Source: Alphaproteobacteria bacterium (GTDB taxonomy: Bacteria; Pseudomonadota; Alphaproteobacteria; Micropepsales; Micropepsaceae). From it: 64,000 nucleotides of DNA. The stretch spans positions 30,197 to 94,196 of the forward strand of contig JANYAR010000031.1 in NCBI GenBank assembly GCA_025361185.1, in the 5' to 3' direction. A program made the translations under genes and the position numbers. Under the pieces are notes generated by a model, which saw only the letters and a list, made by a program, of their open reading frames with translations, did no database searches and had not been told where the DNA came from. Below, piece after piece: positions 38,098 to 48,025 of this stretch (position 1 is its first letter; each line of letters begins with the position of its first letter).

Positions 38098-39412
38098 GGG
38101 GCTTTCTCTGAAGCGTTTTATGCCGCGCGGATTGTTCGGCCGCTCGTTGATCATCATCGTCGCGCCGATTGTGCTGCTGCAGGCGATCATCGCTTATGTC
38201 TTTTTCGAGCGCGACTTGGACACCACGACACGGCGGCTGGCCCGCGACGTGGCTGCCGACATCGCAATGCTGGTGGCGCTGGAAGACAATCATGGCGGCG
38301 TCGACCGCGAAAAGCTGCGCGCCCTGGCGGCGCGTCAGCTCGATTACCGCATCCGTTTTCTGCCCGGCCAGAATCTCACGCCCTTCCGCGGCCGGCTGAC
38401 CAGCACCATTGACGTGGCGCTGGACGATATCCTGGAACAGCGCATCGGCACCGACCGCGACTTTCGTACCGCCCGCATCGGCGACGATTTCGAGATAAGG
38501 GTGGATGTGCATGACGGCGTGCTGGCGGTGCTGGTGCCGCGCGACCGCGTCACCGTTTCCAAGCCGGACATCTTCATCCTCTGGATGGTGGGTTCGGCGC
38601 TGCTCTTGATGGGCATCGCCATCATTTTCCTGCGCAACCAGGTGCGGCCCATCGAGCGGCTGGCGCGCGCCGCCGACAGTTTCGGCAAAGGAAGGGCGGT
38701 GCCGGATTTCAAGCCCTATGGCGCCACCGAGGTGCGCCGCGCCGCCCAGGCTTTCATCACGATGCGCGAACGCATCGAGCGCCATGTCTCCCAACGCACC
38801 GAGATGCTGGCGGGGGTCAGCCACGACCTCAAGACACCGCTCACCCGGATGAAACTGGCGCTGGCGATGATGCCGGACGACGCCGACACCAAGTCCATGC
38901 GCGCCGACGTCGCCGAGATGGAGCATATGCTGGACGACTACCTCGCCTTTGCCCGTGGCGAGGGCGGCGAAGATTCCAGCATCACAGACCTCAGCGCGCT
39001 GGTGCGCGAGGTCGTGGCGAGCGCCGAACGGACGCGGCAGCGGGCGCAGATCGCCGTGACCGCTCCCGACCATGTTCCGGTCAACGTCAAGCGCGCCGGG
39101 CTGCGGCGCGTATTGGCCAATTTGATCGACAATGCCCTCAAGCACGGCTCCAAGGTGGCCGTGCGTTTGAGCTGGAATGACCATCTGGTGGAGATCGCGG
39201 TAGAGGATGACGGCCCCGGAATCCCCGAACTGCAACGCGAAGAAGTCTTCCGTCCCTTTCATCGCCTGGATGAGGGGCGCAATCTGCAGAGCGGCGGCTC
39301 AGGACTGGGGCTGGCCATCGCCCGCGACATCGCCCGGGCGCATGGCGGGGATATTGTGCTGGGCGAAAGCGCCATGGGCGGGCTGAAGGCGACAGTGCGG
39401 TTGCCGGTATAA
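38090..39412 (+). CDS. envZ: EnvZ-like sensor histidine kinase
   Basis: PRGLFGRSL, 2 TM, HAMP, GVSHDLKTPLTR, NLIDNA, GSGLGL; GTG start lies in the second repeat copy. Confidence 0.82.
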   Translation: MVEGLSLKRFMPRGLFGRSLIIIVAPIVLLQAIIAYVFFERDLDTTTRRLARDVAADIAMLVALEDNHGGVDREKLRALAARQLDYRIRFLPGQNLTPFRGRLTSTIDVALDDILEQRIGTDRDFRTARIGDDFEIRVDVHDGVLAVLVPRDRVTVSKPDIFILWMVGSALLLMGIAIIFLRNQVRPIERLARAADSFGKGRAVPDFKPYGATEVRRAAQAFITMRERIERHVSQRTEMLAGVSHDLKTPLTRMKLALAMMPDDADTKSMRADVAEMEHMLDDYLAFARGEGGEDSSITDLSALVREVVASAERTRQRAQIAVTAPDHVPVNVKRAGLRRVLANLIDNALKHGSKVAVRLSWNDHLVEIAVEDDGPGIPELQREEVFRPFHRLDEGRNLQSGGSGLGLAIARDIARAHGGDIVLGESAMGGLKATVRLPV

Positions 39413-39694
39413 TCAGCGTTCGCGCTTACGGTAATAGCGGATGAAGAGCTGAAACAGGACAGCCACGATCAGGAAAAACGCCGCGGCCAGAAACAATCGG
39501 TCCGACCAGAGCTTCGCCCAGGGCTCGACATAGAATGTGAAAAATCGAACATGTACCGGCTGATAGCCCGGAAGTCGCGCATAATGGGGATCGCCAGCCA
39601 GCGGAAGAAGCATTGCCGCCAGCACACAAAGAAAGAATGCGGAAAACGGTATGCTCTGGATCGACATCAGCCGGCTGCTGAGGGGCCGCGGCAT
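39413..39694 (-). CDS. Small hypothetical membrane protein (2 TM)
   Basis: ATG overlaps the proC stop; two hydrophobic segments. Confidence 0.45.
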   Translation of the reverse strand: MPRPLSSRLMSIQSIPFSAFFLCVLAAMLLPLAGDPHYARLPGYQPVHVRFFTFYVEPWAKLWSDRLFLAAAFFLIVAVLFQLFIRYYRKRER

Positions 39695-40491
39695 CAGCGC
39701 AACTCTTCCGCCCGCTTGCGGGCGGCGCGCACCGCGCGCTTGACCAGCGCGGTCAGTCCGTCGTCCGCCATCAGCACCGCCAGCGCCGCCGCCGTGGTGC
39801 CGCCGGGACTGGTGACGGCCTCGCGCAGCGCCGACGCCGAAGACCTGTCTGCCGCCAGCAGTGCGCCGGCGCCGGACACGGTGGCGCGGGCGAATTTCTC
39901 CGCCTGGGCGCGCGGCAGGCCTTCCGCCACCCCGGCTTCGGTCAAAGCTTCCGCCATCAGGAACAGATAGGCGGGCCCGGAGCCCGACACTGCCGTGACG
40001 CTGTCGATCAACTCTTCCTTCGCAACCCAGATCGTCTCGCCCAGCGCCGACAACAGCGACACAGCGCGCTTTTTGTCTGCAGCCGTCACCCCCTTGGCCG
40101 CGTAAAGACCAGTGATCCCGGCCCCGATGGCGCCCGGTATGTTGGGCATGGCGCGGATGATGCGCGCCTTGTTTCCCCAAGCCTTGGTCAGTGCCGCAAC
40201 CGAAGTACCCGCCGCGATGGAGATCATCAGCGCGCCATTCAGGGCGAAGCCCGCCAATGTCTCGGCCTCGCCTTTCAGAACTTGCGGCTTGATGGCGACC
40301 ACGCAGACAGAGGGTTTCTGTTTTACCTGCGATGGCGCACCGAACAGCGCGATCTTTTTCGCCTTGGCCAGTTTGCGCAATTCGGCGGAGGGCTTGGGCT
40401 CGACCACACTGATGGATTTGAGGCCGGTCTTCAGCCAGCCCTTGAGCAGGGCCGATCCCATGCGACCGGCGCCAATGAGAAGAATGCTCAC
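39694..40491 (-). CDS. proC: Pyrroline-5-carboxylate reductase
   Basis: GAGRMG, SIAAG, RAMPN, SGSGPAY, VTSPGGTT. Confidence 0.95.
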   Translation of the reverse strand: MSILLIGAGRMGSALLKGWLKTGLKSISVVEPKPSAELRKLAKAKKIALFGAPSQVKQKPSVCVVAIKPQVLKGEAETLAGFALNGALMISIAAGTSVAALTKAWGNKARIIRAMPNIPGAIGAGITGLYAAKGVTAADKKRAVSLLSALGETIWVAKEELIDSVTAVSGSGPAYLFLMAEALTEAGVAEGLPRAQAEKFARATVSGAGALLAADRSSASALREAVTSPGGTTAAALAVLMADDGLTALVKRAVRAARKRAEELR

Positions 40492-40498
40492 AGCAGCA

Positions 40499-41005
40499 TC
40501 ACGCCTGGCCGGCGCACTCCAGCACCGCCGACGCAATCGCATCCTCGGCGGTCTTGCCGCCCCACAGCACGAACTGGAAGGCCGGGTAGTAATGCTCGCA
40601 GGCTTCCAGGGCCAGGTTCAGCAACGCCTCGCACTGGGCGGCGCTGGCTTCGGCATCGGGGAAGATCATGGCGTGACGGAAGATGATGGTCCCGTCCTGC
40701 GGCCATAGGTCGAAATGGCCAATCCACAGCTTGGCGTTCACATGCATCAGCAGGTCGGCGACATTCTGGCGCCGGACGCCTTCGCTGATCCGCATGTCGA
40801 AGGCGCTGGACAGGTGCAGCGACTGCAGGTCCTCCCGCCAGGAAAAGTTGAAATGGTGGTCGCTCCACTTGCCCGCCACCGACAGATTGAGCTCGTCCCG
40901 GCCCGCCCGCTCAAAGGCCCAGCCATTGGCCTCCACCGCCCGCTCCAGCAGGTCCAGGGGATGCAGGGTGTCCAGCGGCTCGTCGTCGAGGTGGGTAATG
41001 CTCAT
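40499..41005 (-). CDS. YbjN domain protein
   Basis: NAKLWIGHFDLW, CEHYYPAFQFVLWGG; usual position between ubiK and proC. Confidence 0.88.
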   Translation of the reverse strand: MSITHLDDEPLDTLHPLDLLERAVEANGWAFERAGRDELNLSVAGKWSDHHFNFSWREDLQSLHLSSAFDMRISEGVRRQNVADLLMHVNAKLWIGHFDLWPQDGTIIFRHAMIFPDAEASAAQCEALLNLALEACEHYYPAFQFVLWGGKTAEDAIASAVLECAGQA

Positions 41006-41185
41006 TGGGCAACAACTCCTGGCGCGTCCAGCCACAAAACGAAGCAGTTGCGATCCAAACTGGCACAAGATTTAGAGAAAACAAGAGTCCGCGAGTCCTC
41101 ATCCCCGCCCGCAGAAAAGATTCCACAGCTTTGAGTCTGCTCACAGATTCGCGTGGCGCGGCGGGGGAACGAGTCCCCAGCCCCA

Positions 41186-41455
41186 CTAAGTGTTTGATTT
41201 GGATTCCAAAGCCGGCCCGTCTTCCAATTTTTTAAGGCGGGCCGCGAGGGACTCGTTCTCGGCACGGGCCTTGGCCGCCATGGCCTTGACCGCCTCGAAT
41301 TCCTCGCGCGGCACAAAATCCATGTCGGCCACCAGCCGCTCCAGCCGCTGGCGGACAAAGGTGTCGATCTCGGTCCGCACGCTCTGGGCCATGCCCGCGG
41401 CATCGGTGAAGGCCTTCGCCACCCCGTCCAGGAACGGATTGTCGGTCTGCGCCAT
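41186..41455 (-). CDS. ubiK: UbiK/BMFP accessory factor
   Basis: MDFVPREEFEAVKAMAAKARAENE.L.ARL..LE. Confidence 0.85.
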   Translation of the reverse strand: MAQTDNPFLDGVAKAFTDAAGMAQSVRTEIDTFVRQRLERLVADMDFVPREEFEAVKAMAAKARAENESLAARLKKLEDGPALESKSNT

Positions 41456-41588
41456 GAAAACCTCCACTTTCAGCTCTTATGCTGGTCGCGCCGGCGGGCC
41501 CTCGCTAACGCTCGGGTCGCCGGTCGCTCCGTATATGGCGGGCAGTGTGGCTTGACACAAGCAGCGAAGCATCCCGTTTTACCCGCCC

Positions 41589-42470
41589 ATGATCCAGGCC
41601 CTGCTGCCCTATCCTCATATAAACCCGGTGCTGCTGCACCTGTGGGGGCCGCTGGAAATCCGCTGGTATGGGCTGGCCTATATCGCGGGCATCGTGCTGG
41701 CCTGGTGGGCCGTGCTCAGGGTGCTGCGGAACAAGGCCCTGTGGGCATATCCCCCCTTCAAGGGCCGCCCGCCCGCCACCGAGGACGATATCGGCGATCT
41801 GGTGGTGTGGGCGATCATCGGCATCATCCTGGGCGGGCGGCTGGGCTGGGTGCTGATCTACGGCACCGTCCTGTGCAGCGTCACGCCGGACTATGCCGCC
41901 TTCTGCGACGGGCTGCCGGCGGGCTTCCTCACCGATCCCTTGCGCATTATCGCCGCCTGGGAAGGCGGCATGTCCTTTCATGGCGGCTTGCTGGGGGCAG
42001 CGATCGCGGTCTGGCTGTTCTGCCGCCGCCGCAAGCTGGTGCTGCTGCCGGTAGGGGACCTCGCCTGCGCCTTCGCCCCCATCGGCCTGTTCTTCGGCCG
42101 CATCGCCAATTTCGTGAACGACGAATTGTGGGGCCGCGTTACCAATGTGCCCTGGGCAATGATCTTCCCGCGTGGCGGGCCGCTGCCGCGCCATCCCAGC
42201 CAACTCTATGAAGCCGCGCTGGAAGGCGTAGTCCTGTTTGTGCTGCTGCAGATCGCCTTGCGCGTCTTTCGCGCCCATGAGCGGCCCGGCCTGATCTCGG
42301 CGCTGTTCTTCGCGGGCTACGGCACCTTCCGCTTCATCTGCGAATTCTTCCGCGAACCCGATGCCCAGTTCATCGGTCCGGTCAGCATGGGCATGGCCTT
42401 GTCCATTCCGGTCTGGCTGGCGGCCGGAGCGTTTCTTTGGATTGCCTATACCAGGCCGAAGACCGCATGA
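41589..42470 (+). CDS. lgt: Prolipoprotein diacylglyceryl transferase
   Basis: RWYGLAY, GGMSFHGG, GRIANF..ELWGR, RHPSQLYEA, EFFREPD. Confidence 0.96.
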   Translation: MIQALLPYPHINPVLLHLWGPLEIRWYGLAYIAGIVLAWWAVLRVLRNKALWAYPPFKGRPPATEDDIGDLVVWAIIGIILGGRLGWVLIYGTVLCSVTPDYAAFCDGLPAGFLTDPLRIIAAWEGGMSFHGGLLGAAIAVWLFCRRRKLVLLPVGDLACAFAPIGLFFGRIANFVNDELWGRVTNVPWAMIFPRGGPLPRHPSQLYEAALEGVVLFVLLQIALRVFRAHERPGLISALFFAGYGTFRFICEFFREPDAQFIGPVSMGMALSIPVWLAAGAFLWIAYTRPKTA

Positions 42471-42479
42471 GCCTGTCCC

Positions 42480-43574
42480 ATGTCTCTTAAAACACGCATC
42501 GCCGATCTGATCGAGGCGCAGGGTCCGATGTCGGTGGCGCAATTCATGACCATCAGCCTGCTCGATCCCAAGGAAGGCTATTACGCCACCCGCGACCCCT
42601 TGGGCAGCGGCGGCGATTTCATCACCGCGCCGGAAGTCAGTCAGATGTTCGGCGAAATGATCGGGCTGTGGCTGGTGCAGGCCTGGTCCGACCAGGGTTG
42701 CCCGAAAAATCCACGCCTGGTGGAGCTGGGACCGGGACGCGGCACCATGATGGCGGATATTTTGCGCACCGCCGCGGTGGCGCCGGAATTCCTTGCCGAC
42801 CTGGACGTCGTGCTGATCGAGGCCAGTCCCGCCCTGCAACAGGTACAAGCAGACAAGTTGCGCGGCCAGAATGGTATCCTTGGCGCGGATATTTCCTGGC
42901 AGGCGCAATTTGGCGGCAGCCTGGGCGACCGCCCGCTGTTTCTGATCGCCAATGAATTCTTCGATGCTCTGCCGGTGCGCCAGTATGTGAAAACCAAGCG
43001 CGGCTGGTGCGAGCGCTTGGTGACGGCGTCCCAAGGCGAGCTTAAATTTGCCCTGGCGCCGGTGCCGGCTCCCATTACCACAATTCCCGCCGACCGGGAG
43101 AAGGCGCCCGATGGCGGCGTCTACGAAACCTCGCCTGCCGCGACGGCTTTGGCGGAGAACATCGCCGGCATCATCACCGCCAAGGGCGGCGCGGCGCTGA
43201 TCCTGGATTATGGTTATGTCGAGGCCAGCGGCTTCTCGGAGACCCTGCAGGCGGTGAGCGGGCATCGTTTCGCCGACACGCTGGACGAACCAGGAGAAGA
43301 CGATGTCTCGGCCCATGTGGATTTCGTGGCGCTGGCCCAGGCTGGCCGGCGCGGCGGCGCGAATGTTTCGGGGCCGGTAACGCAAGGCCTGTTCCTGGCC
43401 AATATCGGCATCGCGGAGCGCGCCGAACAATTGATGAAAGCCAATCCCGACAAATCCAGGGATCTGCTTACCGCCACCGAACGGCTGATCGGCAACGACC
43501 AGATGGGCACCCTGTTCAAGGCCCTGGCCTTTGTCCCGCCCGCCATCAGCGATGTCGCGGGTTTTCCGCCATGA
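42480..43574 (+). CDS. SAM-dependent methyltransferase, MidA/NDUFAF7 family
   Basis: GDFITAPEVSQMFGE, ELGPGRG, ANEFFDALP, DYG. Confidence 0.92.
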   Translation: MSLKTRIADLIEAQGPMSVAQFMTISLLDPKEGYYATRDPLGSGGDFITAPEVSQMFGEMIGLWLVQAWSDQGCPKNPRLVELGPGRGTMMADILRTAAVAPEFLADLDVVLIEASPALQQVQADKLRGQNGILGADISWQAQFGGSLGDRPLFLIANEFFDALPVRQYVKTKRGWCERLVTASQGELKFALAPVPAPITTIPADREKAPDGGVYETSPAATALAENIAGIITAKGGAALILDYGYVEASGFSETLQAVSGHRFADTLDEPGEDDVSAHVDFVALAQAGRRGGANVSGPVTQGLFLANIGIAERAEQLMKANPDKSRDLLTATERLIGNDQMGTLFKALAFVPPAISDVAGFPP

Positions 43575-44365
43575 AGCGCCTGATGGCGCGAGGCTTGGAC
43601 GCGCCCGGTATCGCGCATGGTTTTTTCGGGCGCGAAGGCGGTGTTTCCACCGGTCTATATGAATCCCTCAATTGCGGGCCCGGCTCGGGCGACGATCCCG
43701 ATTCGGTGGCCGAGAACCGCCGTCTGGCCACAGCGGCGTTAGCACCGCAAACAAACGAGGATGTCCGGCTGGTCAGCCTGTCGCAGATCCACAGCGCTAT
43801 CGTGCATATCCTGCTGCAGAAGGACGCAAGCACCGCGCCAAGACCGCAAGGCGACGCCATGGTCACCGCCACGCCCGGCTTGGCGTTGGGCATTCTGACG
43901 GCCGATTGTGCGCCGGTGCTGCTGGCCGACCCGCAAGCCAAGGTCATCGGCGCCGCCCATGCCGGGTGGAAAGGCGCGCTGGGAACGGATGGCGGCGGGG
44001 TATTGGAAGCTGCTCTGGAGGCCATGGAAAAACTGGGGGCCAGGCGCAATCGCATCCGCGCCGCCATCGGGCCCTGCATTTCCCAGGACAATTACGAAGT
44101 GGGCGGGGAGTTCCGCGACCGCTTTCTGGAATTGGGTCTTGGGCAACGCCGATTCTTCGTCCCCTCCGGCAAGGAGGGCCACTACCGCTTCGATCTGGCG
44201 GGCTATGCCGCCCACCGCCTGACCGCAGCCGGGATAGAATCGGTCGAAACGCTGGGTGTTTGCACCTATCCGCCCGAAAACGGCTTTTTCAGCTTCCGCC
44301 GCACCACCCATGCCGGCGAACCCGATTATGGGCGGCAGATTTCGGCTATTGTGCTGGTTGGGTAA
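43571..44365 (+). CDS. pgeF: PgeF/YfiH family protein
   Basis: HGFFGR.GGVS, QIHS, TADCAPV, AHAGWKG, FFSFRR. Confidence 0.92.
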   Translation: MKRLMARGLDAPGIAHGFFGREGGVSTGLYESLNCGPGSGDDPDSVAENRRLATAALAPQTNEDVRLVSLSQIHSAIVHILLQKDASTAPRPQGDAMVTATPGLALGILTADCAPVLLADPQAKVIGAAHAGWKGALGTDGGGVLEAALEAMEKLGARRNRIRAAIGPCISQDNYEVGGEFRDRFLELGLGQRRFFVPSGKEGHYRFDLAGYAAHRLTAAGIESVETLGVCTYPPENGFFSFRRTTHAGEPDYGRQISAIVLVG

Positions 44366-44449
44366 CAGCGGCATTTGCGACCGTTGCGGCGGCGACGCCT
44401 AGCGGCTAAAAGCGCGTCATCAAAGTTTCGCGGGGCGTGAGGACATGCA

Positions 44450-45409
44450 ATGACGGATCTGAACGGATCGCGGGGCATGCGCCTCATCACCGGCAATTCC
44501 AACAAGCCCCTGGTCGATGCCATCGGTTCCTATCTGGGACTGACGCCGGTGAAAGCCGATGTCCGCCGCTTTTCCGACGACGAAATTTTCGTCGAGGTGC
44601 ATGAGAATGTCCGCGGCGAGGACATGTTCCTGATCCAGTCCACCAGCGCGCCGGCCAACGACAATCTGATGGAATTGCTGATCATGATCGACGCGCTGCG
44701 CCGCGCCAGCGCCCGGCGCATCACCGCCGTGATCCCCTATTTCGGCTATGCCCGCCAGGACCGCAAAGTCGGGCCGCGCACACCCATCTCGGCCAAGCTG
44801 GTGGCCAATCTGATTACCGAGGCCGGCGCCAACCGGGTGCTGACAGTGGACCTGCATGCCGGGCAGATTCAGGGCTTCTTCGACATTCCCACCGACAATC
44901 TCTTCGCCCAGCCGGTGATCGTGAAGGACATTCAGGATCATCTGGGCGACAAGGCGCCCATGGTGGTGTCGCCGGACGTGGGCGGCGTGGTGCGCGCCCG
45001 CAGCCTGGCGCGGCGTCTCAACACCGACCTGGCCATTGTGGACAAGCGCCGCGAACGAGCCGGCCAGTCGGAAGTCATGAACATCATCGGCGATGTCGAG
45101 GGCCGGGCCTGCATCCTGATCGACGATATCGTGGACAGCGGCGGCACCCTGAGCAATGCCGCCGATGCGCTGCTGAACAATGGCGCCACCGAGGTCTATG
45201 CCTATTGCACCCATGGCGTGCTGTCGGGCAAGGCGGTTGAGCGAATCCAGAATTCCAAGCTCAAGTCGATGGTGGTGACCGACTCCATCGCGCCCACCCC
45301 TGCCCAGCAGGCCTGCCCCAATATCCGCACCATCTCCATCGCGCCCTTGCTGGGCGAGGCGATGCGGCGGATCAACAACGAAGCCTCCGTCTCCAGCCTG
45401 TTCGATTGA
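44450..45409 (+). CDS. prs: Ribose-phosphate pyrophosphokinase
   Basis: [35 protein letters not shown]. Confidence 0.97.
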   Translation: MTDLNGSRGMRLITGNSNKPLVDAIGSYLGLTPVKADVRRFSDDEIFVEVHENVRGEDMFLIQSTSAPANDNLMELLIMIDALRRASARRITAVIPYFGYARQDRKVGPRTPISAKLVANLITEAGANRVLTVDLHAGQIQGFFDIPTDNLFAQPVIVKDIQDHLGDKAPMVVSPDVGGVVRARSLARRLNTDLAIVDKRRERAGQSEVMNIIGDVEGRACILIDDIVDSGGTLSNAADALLNNGATEVYAYCTHGVLSGKAVERIQNSKLKSMVVTDSIAPTPAQQACPNIRTISIAPLLGEAMRRINNEASVSSLFD

Positions 45410-46044
45410 TGCTGAAATACTTTTATGCTCCCAATGCCTGTTCGCTGGGGCCGCATATCGCACTGGCCGAAGCGGGCGCGGCGTTCGAGGCGGTGCGCCT
45501 GGACCTCAAGGCCGGCGACCAGCGCAAGCCCGAATATCTCGCCGTAAACCCCAAGGGCCGCGTGCCGGCGCTGGTGACACAGCAAGGCACCTTGACCGAG
45601 TGCGTCGTCATCCTGGGCTGGGTGGCGCAGACCTATCCCGATGCGCATCTCAAGCCCGATGGCGACTTCTTCGCCTTCAGCGAAATGCAGACCTTCAACC
45701 TCTATCTCGCCACCACGGTCCATATCGCCTTCGCGCATTTGTTCCGCGCCGAGCGCTGGGCCGACAGCGAGGCGGCCAAGGCCGAAATGCGGGCGAAGGT
45801 CCCCAGCGTGCTGGCGCAGCTGTTCAAGCTGATCGAGGACCGCTTGAGCGATGGACGGAGCTGGGTTTGCGGCGATCGCTATACGGTGGCCGATCCCTAT
45901 CTTTACGTTTTTGCCCGCTGGCTGGAACGCGACGGCGCCGGCGGCTCGGCGGCCATGCCGCTGACCCGCGCCCATCGCGCCCGCATGCAGGAACGTCCCG
46001 CCGTGAAGAAGATTCTGGCCGCCGAGGGTATCGCGCCGGTTTAG
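45409..46044 (+). CDS. Glutathione S-transferase (beta-like)
   Basis: PNACSL, NPKGRVPAL, YTVADPYL. Confidence 0.9.
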   Translation: MLKYFYAPNACSLGPHIALAEAGAAFEAVRLDLKAGDQRKPEYLAVNPKGRVPALVTQQGTLTECVVILGWVAQTYPDAHLKPDGDFFAFSEMQTFNLYLATTVHIAFAHLFRAERWADSEAAKAEMRAKVPSVLAQLFKLIEDRLSDGRSWVCGDRYTVADPYLYVFARWLERDGAGGSAAMPLTRAHRARMQERPAVKKILAAEGIAPV

Positions 46045-46439
46045 GCCAAAAGCGCCAGCACCACGGATTCAATCACCACTGCCAGCACCCAATGGCCGGC
46101 ATCGATCGCGGTCAGCATGAGCGACTTCTGCTGGAACATGTTGTTGACCAGGATCGAGGTCAGCAGGAAGCCCACGCCGATGGTGGCGCCGGCGATGGCC
46201 GAAGACGTCAGCCCCATCACCCCCAGATTGGTCAGGAGCTGGTAGAGCACCGCCGACATCACCAGCGCCGCCAGAAATGACACGACCATGGGGGCCAGGG
46301 GCATCTTCTGGCCCTTGCAGTCGTCGGGATTCTTGCCTTGTGCCAGCGTCCAGGCCTTGCCCAGAACGCCGTACCAGATCGCCCCGAAAATCCACCCCGC
46401 CAGTCCGGCGGCGCCGATCGCAATGAGTGGATTGTGCAT
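46041..46439 (-). CDS. DUF1761 family membrane protein
   Basis: FGAIWYG.LGKAW, IDAGHW; 4 TM. Confidence 0.82.
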   Translation of the reverse strand: MHNPLIAIGAAGLAGWIFGAIWYGVLGKAWTLAQGKNPDDCKGQKMPLAPMVVSFLAALVMSAVLYQLLTNLGVMGLTSSAIAGATIGVGFLLTSILVNNMFQQKSLMLTAIDAGHWVLAVVIESVVLALLA

Positions 46440-46450
46440 GCCCGTTCTCC

Positions 46451-46486
46451 CCAATTTTTTGGCCAATTTTTTGGCCAAATTTTTAG
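46451..46486. repeat. 12-bp tandem repeat x3 (CCAATTTTTTGG)
   Basis: Two exact copies and one degenerate copy between DUF1761 and rplY. Confidence 0.7.
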
Positions 46487-46630
46487 CCCGAATTTAGCGC
46501 AGGCTAGCACGGCTTTTTGCCAGGGCGAGGGCCGGTTGCGTGCCATGTTGCGTCCTTGGCCACCTTCGGCTACAAGCCTCGCCTTTCCGGGAGGCCACGG
46601 GCTTTTGCCGGGCTGTGAAGGATTGAGAAA

Positions 46631-47392
46631 ATGGCGCAAGTTCAAGAACTTAAGGTAGAAGCGCGCGACGGCACGGGCAAGGGTCCGGCCTATCAGGCAC
46701 GTCTGAAGGGGTTGATCCCCGGCGTCGTCTATGGCGGCAAGGACAAGCCGGAGAATGTGGCCGTGGACAGCCGCACCCTGGAGCGCCGTGTCGAGGCCGG
46801 CCATTTCCTCACCACCCTGCTGATGCTGGATGTCGGCGGCAAGAAGACCCGCGTCATCCCGCGCGAAGTGCAAGTCGACCCGGTCAGCGACCGCCCCGTG
46901 CATGTCGATTTCATGCGCCTGACCGAAGGCGCCACCATCCGCCTGGAGATTCCGGTGCATTTCAACGGCCAGGAAGTTTCCCCCGGCCTGAAGAAGGGCG
47001 GCGTGTTGAATATCGTGCGCCATGCCATCGGCCTGATCTGCCCGGCCGACAAGATTCCCAACACCATCGAAGTCGATGTCTCCAATCTGGACATCAACGA
47101 GACCATTCACATCAACGCGCTCACCTTGCCCGCCGGCGTGAAGCCGGTGATCCGTGGCCGTGATTTCACCATCTGCTCCATCGTGGCGCCGACCAGCGTG
47201 ATCGAAGAGCAGAAAGCCGCTGCTGCTGCCGCCGCCGCGCCCGTGGTCGAGGTTGCACCCGTCGAAGGTGCTGTACCCGCTGCTGGTGCCGCTGGTGCCG
47301 CCGCCCCGGCCGCTGGTGCTGCCGCGCCCGGTGCCGCAGGTGCCAAGCCCGGTGCCGCCGGCGCCAAGCCGGCTGCTCCGGCCAAGAAGTAA
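46631..47392 (+). CDS. rplY: 50S ribosomal protein L25/Ctc
   Basis: IPGVVYG, QVDPV...HVDF, GLKKGG; Ala/Pro/Gly-rich tail. Confidence 0.95.
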   Translation: MAQVQELKVEARDGTGKGPAYQARLKGLIPGVVYGGKDKPENVAVDSRTLERRVEAGHFLTTLLMLDVGGKKTRVIPREVQVDPVSDRPVHVDFMRLTEGATIRLEIPVHFNGQEVSPGLKKGGVLNIVRHAIGLICPADKIPNTIEVDVSNLDINETIHINALTLPAGVKPVIRGRDFTICSIVAPTSVIEEQKAAAAAAAAPVVEVAPVEGAVPAAGAAGAAAPAAGAAAPGAAGAKPGAAGAKPAAPAKK

Positions 47393-47413
47393 TCCAGCGC
47401 CAGAGGGGGCGGC

Positions 47414-48025
47414 ATGGAGACGCCGCTTCTTATCGCCGGCTTGGGAAATCCTGGTTCGCAATATGCGAAGAACCGGCACAATGCCGGTTTCATTGTCGTG
47501 GACGAGCTGCACGCTCATTACAAATTCGCTCCCTGGAAAGCCAAGTTCGACGGGCTTTTGTCGGAAGGCGCGTTGGCGGGCCGCAAGACGTACCTGCTGA
47601 AACCACAGACTTTCATGAACCTGTCCGGCGACTGCATCGGCCCGGCGCTGCGCTTCTTCAAGCTGCCGCTGGAGGCCTTGGTGGTGGTGCATGACGAGAT
47701 CGATCTGGCTGCGGGCAAACTGAAAGTGAAGACGGGCGGCGGCGACGCCGGACAGAACGGCTTGCGCTCCATCACCGCCGCTCTGGGGCCGGATTACCGC
47801 CGGGTGCGGCTGGGCATCGGCCATCCCGGCGACAAGGAACGGGTGACAGGCCATGTGCTGCAGAATTTCAGCAAGGACGACATCGACTGGCTGAAGCCGC
47901 TGGTGATGGCGATGGTGGAAGCAGCGCCCTTGCTGGCGAAAGACGACGATGCCGGTTTCATGAGCAAGGTGGCGCTGCTGCTCAAGCCGCCGCCAAAACC
48001 AGCAAAGAAGAAAGATACCGAGTAA
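47414..48025 (+). CDS. pth: Peptidyl-tRNA hydrolase
   Basis: GLGNPG..Y..NRHNAGF, KPQTFMNLSG, HDEID, RLGIGHP. Confidence 0.96.
   Translation: METPLLIAGLGNPGSQYAKNRHNAGFIVVDELHAHYKFAPWKAKFDGLLSEGALAGRKTYLLKPQTFMNLSGDCIGPALRFFKLPLEALVVVHDEIDLAAGKLKVKTGGGDAGQNGLRSITAALGPDYRRVRLGIGHPGDKERVTGHVLQNFSKDDIDWLKPLVMAMVEAAPLLAKDDDAGFMSKVALLLKPPPKPAKKKDTE

Noticed and set aside
42105-42135. Lgt NDEL in place of NGEL
   Set aside because: A single substitution; the essential R, N, E and G residues of the motif are retained.
47220-47390. GCCGCTGGT-type repeats in the rplY tail
   Set aside because: Encode an ordinary low-complexity Ala/Pro/Gly tail.
47740-47765. Pth GQNG in place of GHNG
   Set aside because: The catalytic His (RHN) and Asp are intact; a minor variant with no evidence of altered function.
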